Part shown: positions 7,873 through 9,143 of the stretch, in pieces
Position numbering within the stretch: the first letter of the stretch is position 1
How the letters are laid out: each line of letters starts with the position of its first letter
Origin: Trichoplax adhaerens
Taxonomy: Eukaryota > Animalia > Placozoa
Assembly: GCF_000150275.1 (NCBI RefSeq)
Contig: NW_002061154.1
Location: forward strand, 1 to 9,143
Length of the DNA: 9,143 nt
Reading direction: 5' to 3'
Program-made: the position numbers and the translations under genes
The notes under the pieces: model-generated
Told to the model about the DNA's origin: nothing
Seen by the model: the letters and a program-made list of their open reading frames with translations, nothing else
Database searches by the model: none

Positions 7873-8265
7873 TACTGTACTGTACAGTGTACAGTACAGT
7901 AGTGTAGAGATTCAGAGGTCTGATACAGAGTTTCAAGATTAAGCCTAGTTACAGTACAGTACACAATGACTACTGATACAGTACCGCCGACTGACGAAAC
8001 TTACAGTACTGTACTGTACAGTACAGTAGAATAGAGTCGCCAGTCCATAATAAACAGTGACAGATCGACTGTTCTACTGTACAGTACTGTAAACCCTGGG
8101 CCACCGTACAGTACTGTACACTGTACAGTGTACACTGTCACTGTACAGTACAGTGTACTGTACAGTAATACTGTTCTGCGTACTGTACTATACTGTACTG
8201 TACGTTTACCGTGACACAAGATCGATTTAACGTAACTCATAGTCTCATACTGTACACTGTTACAG
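7873..8265. repeat. Interrupted (ACTGT/ACAGT)n array upstream of DCP1 (probable promoter region)
   Basis: Dense TACTG/CAGTA units in both orientations, ending about 110 nt before the DCP1 ATG. Confidence 0.88.
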
Positions 8266-8374
8266 TGCAGTTGAACCGGACCTTTGAAAGGTGTAGGGTG
8301 TAGTCCATGGCAAAACATAGTAATTGAGCTCGTGTTTTAGCTAATAACTAAGTTTTAATAAATAAATAAGTAAA

Positions 8375-8578
8375 ATGTCCGCTCATGGTACTGGCGGTAG
8401 GCAACGTAGAGGAGGAAAGATGACACTGTTATCAGAAGAAGGAAAGAATGATTCAGTTGTATCCGAACTGAGGATGAACATTACTACTCTTCAAAAGTTT
8501 GATCGCACCATAACTGATATCGTTTATACGTGTAAAAGAGTGGCTCAATACCAGTTCAGTACACAAGATCACAAATGG
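8375..8578 (+). CDS. DCP1: mRNA-decapping enzyme subunit 1 (DCP1, EVH1 domain), exon 1
   Basis: aaaATG start; MNITTLQKFDRTITDIVYTCKRVAQYQFSTQDHKW matches the DCP1 N-terminal pattern (N/S)LxxLxxxDPxIxxIxxxxxxVALYxFxxxxxxW; GTAGGC donor at 8579, phase 0. Confidence 0.88.
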
Positions 8579-8734
8579 GTAGGCATAAACATATAAATTT
8601 TGAATGCTATATACGTACGCTTTTACAAATCTGCTAGTCACTGTCAATAAATTTCAACTAATCCAATTGTAACGATAGCTAAAATTAAAATTTCAGTTAC
8701 TAAAAACGCAATTAACCTTATATTGTACCATTAG

Positions 8735-8775
8735 CAAAAGACTGAAAGAAATGGAAGCTTGTTTGTTTACAAAAG
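8735..8775 (+). CDS. DCP1: DCP1 exon 2 (QKTERNGSLFVYKR); gene continues beyond the window
   Basis: 41-nt exon; cattag acceptor at 8734, AAG|GTAACA donor at 8776; matches DCP1 EKTDIEGTLFVYxR. Confidence 0.9.
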
Positions 8776-9143
8776 GTAACATTAGGCGTACTGTAGAGTT
8801 GTAATAATTGTATTCGTGTATTAAAGATACAATCCTGTAGTTACTCTTCATTTTGCAGAATGCTTTTTGCCATAAGATCAGATTAAATTTATCACATATT
8901 GGTATTGTTGAAGACACAACTTACTCATCACATACATTTTAAATTATGTATTACATATACAGTACTATAATTAAGTTGTTATCTACAAAATTGCGATAGT
9001 ATGGCATGTACAATTAATTATACGTATGCCAGCTATTCGTGATTCTTTAGTCGTTACAAAGCCCTTTAGAATAGCTCTCGAAGTACGATAATTTACTTGC
9101 TAAATTTATTAACGTCTATGCAAAATAAAGGATTAATATCTAT

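Noticed and set aside
8001-8318. 105-aa minus-strand ORF
   Set aside because: Same pentamer-repeat artefact.
8859-9143. Candidate DCP1 exon 3 acceptors (8858, 9050, 9068)
   Set aside because: All give early stops in phase 2 and lack the expected F.I.NR motif; exon 3 lies beyond the window.

Overview
AT-rich, gene-dense eukaryotic (early-branching animal) genomic DNA with short GT-AG introns. The compact intron-rich style and abundant (ACTGT/ACAGT)n pentamer tracts suggest a placozoan such as Trichoplax (inference). Three spliced genes were assembled by hand: (1) a minus-strand synaptophysin/synaptoporin-family MARVEL protein, join(2293..2285, 850..782, 539..198, 78..<1), with probable extra non-coding 5' exons and an unexpected in-frame TAA at 12..10; (2) a plus-strand 7-exon PEX26-like peroxin, join(4339..4472, 4682..4813, 4927..5140, 5338..5403, 5513..5564, 5727..5873, 5942..5976), 259 aa, head-to-head with gene 1; (3) the first two exons of a plus-strand DCP1 decapping cofactor (8375..8578, 8735..8775) that continues beyond the window. 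Orientation-switching pentamer arrays sit upstream of gene starts. Most other ORF-track entries are repeat or antisense artefacts. Best leads: an AG|GTAAGT recursive-splice-like junction at the 147-nt in-frame PEX26 transmembrane exon, the promoter-associated palindromic pentamer arrays, the premature stop in the synaptophysin gene, and a 91-nt direct repeat.
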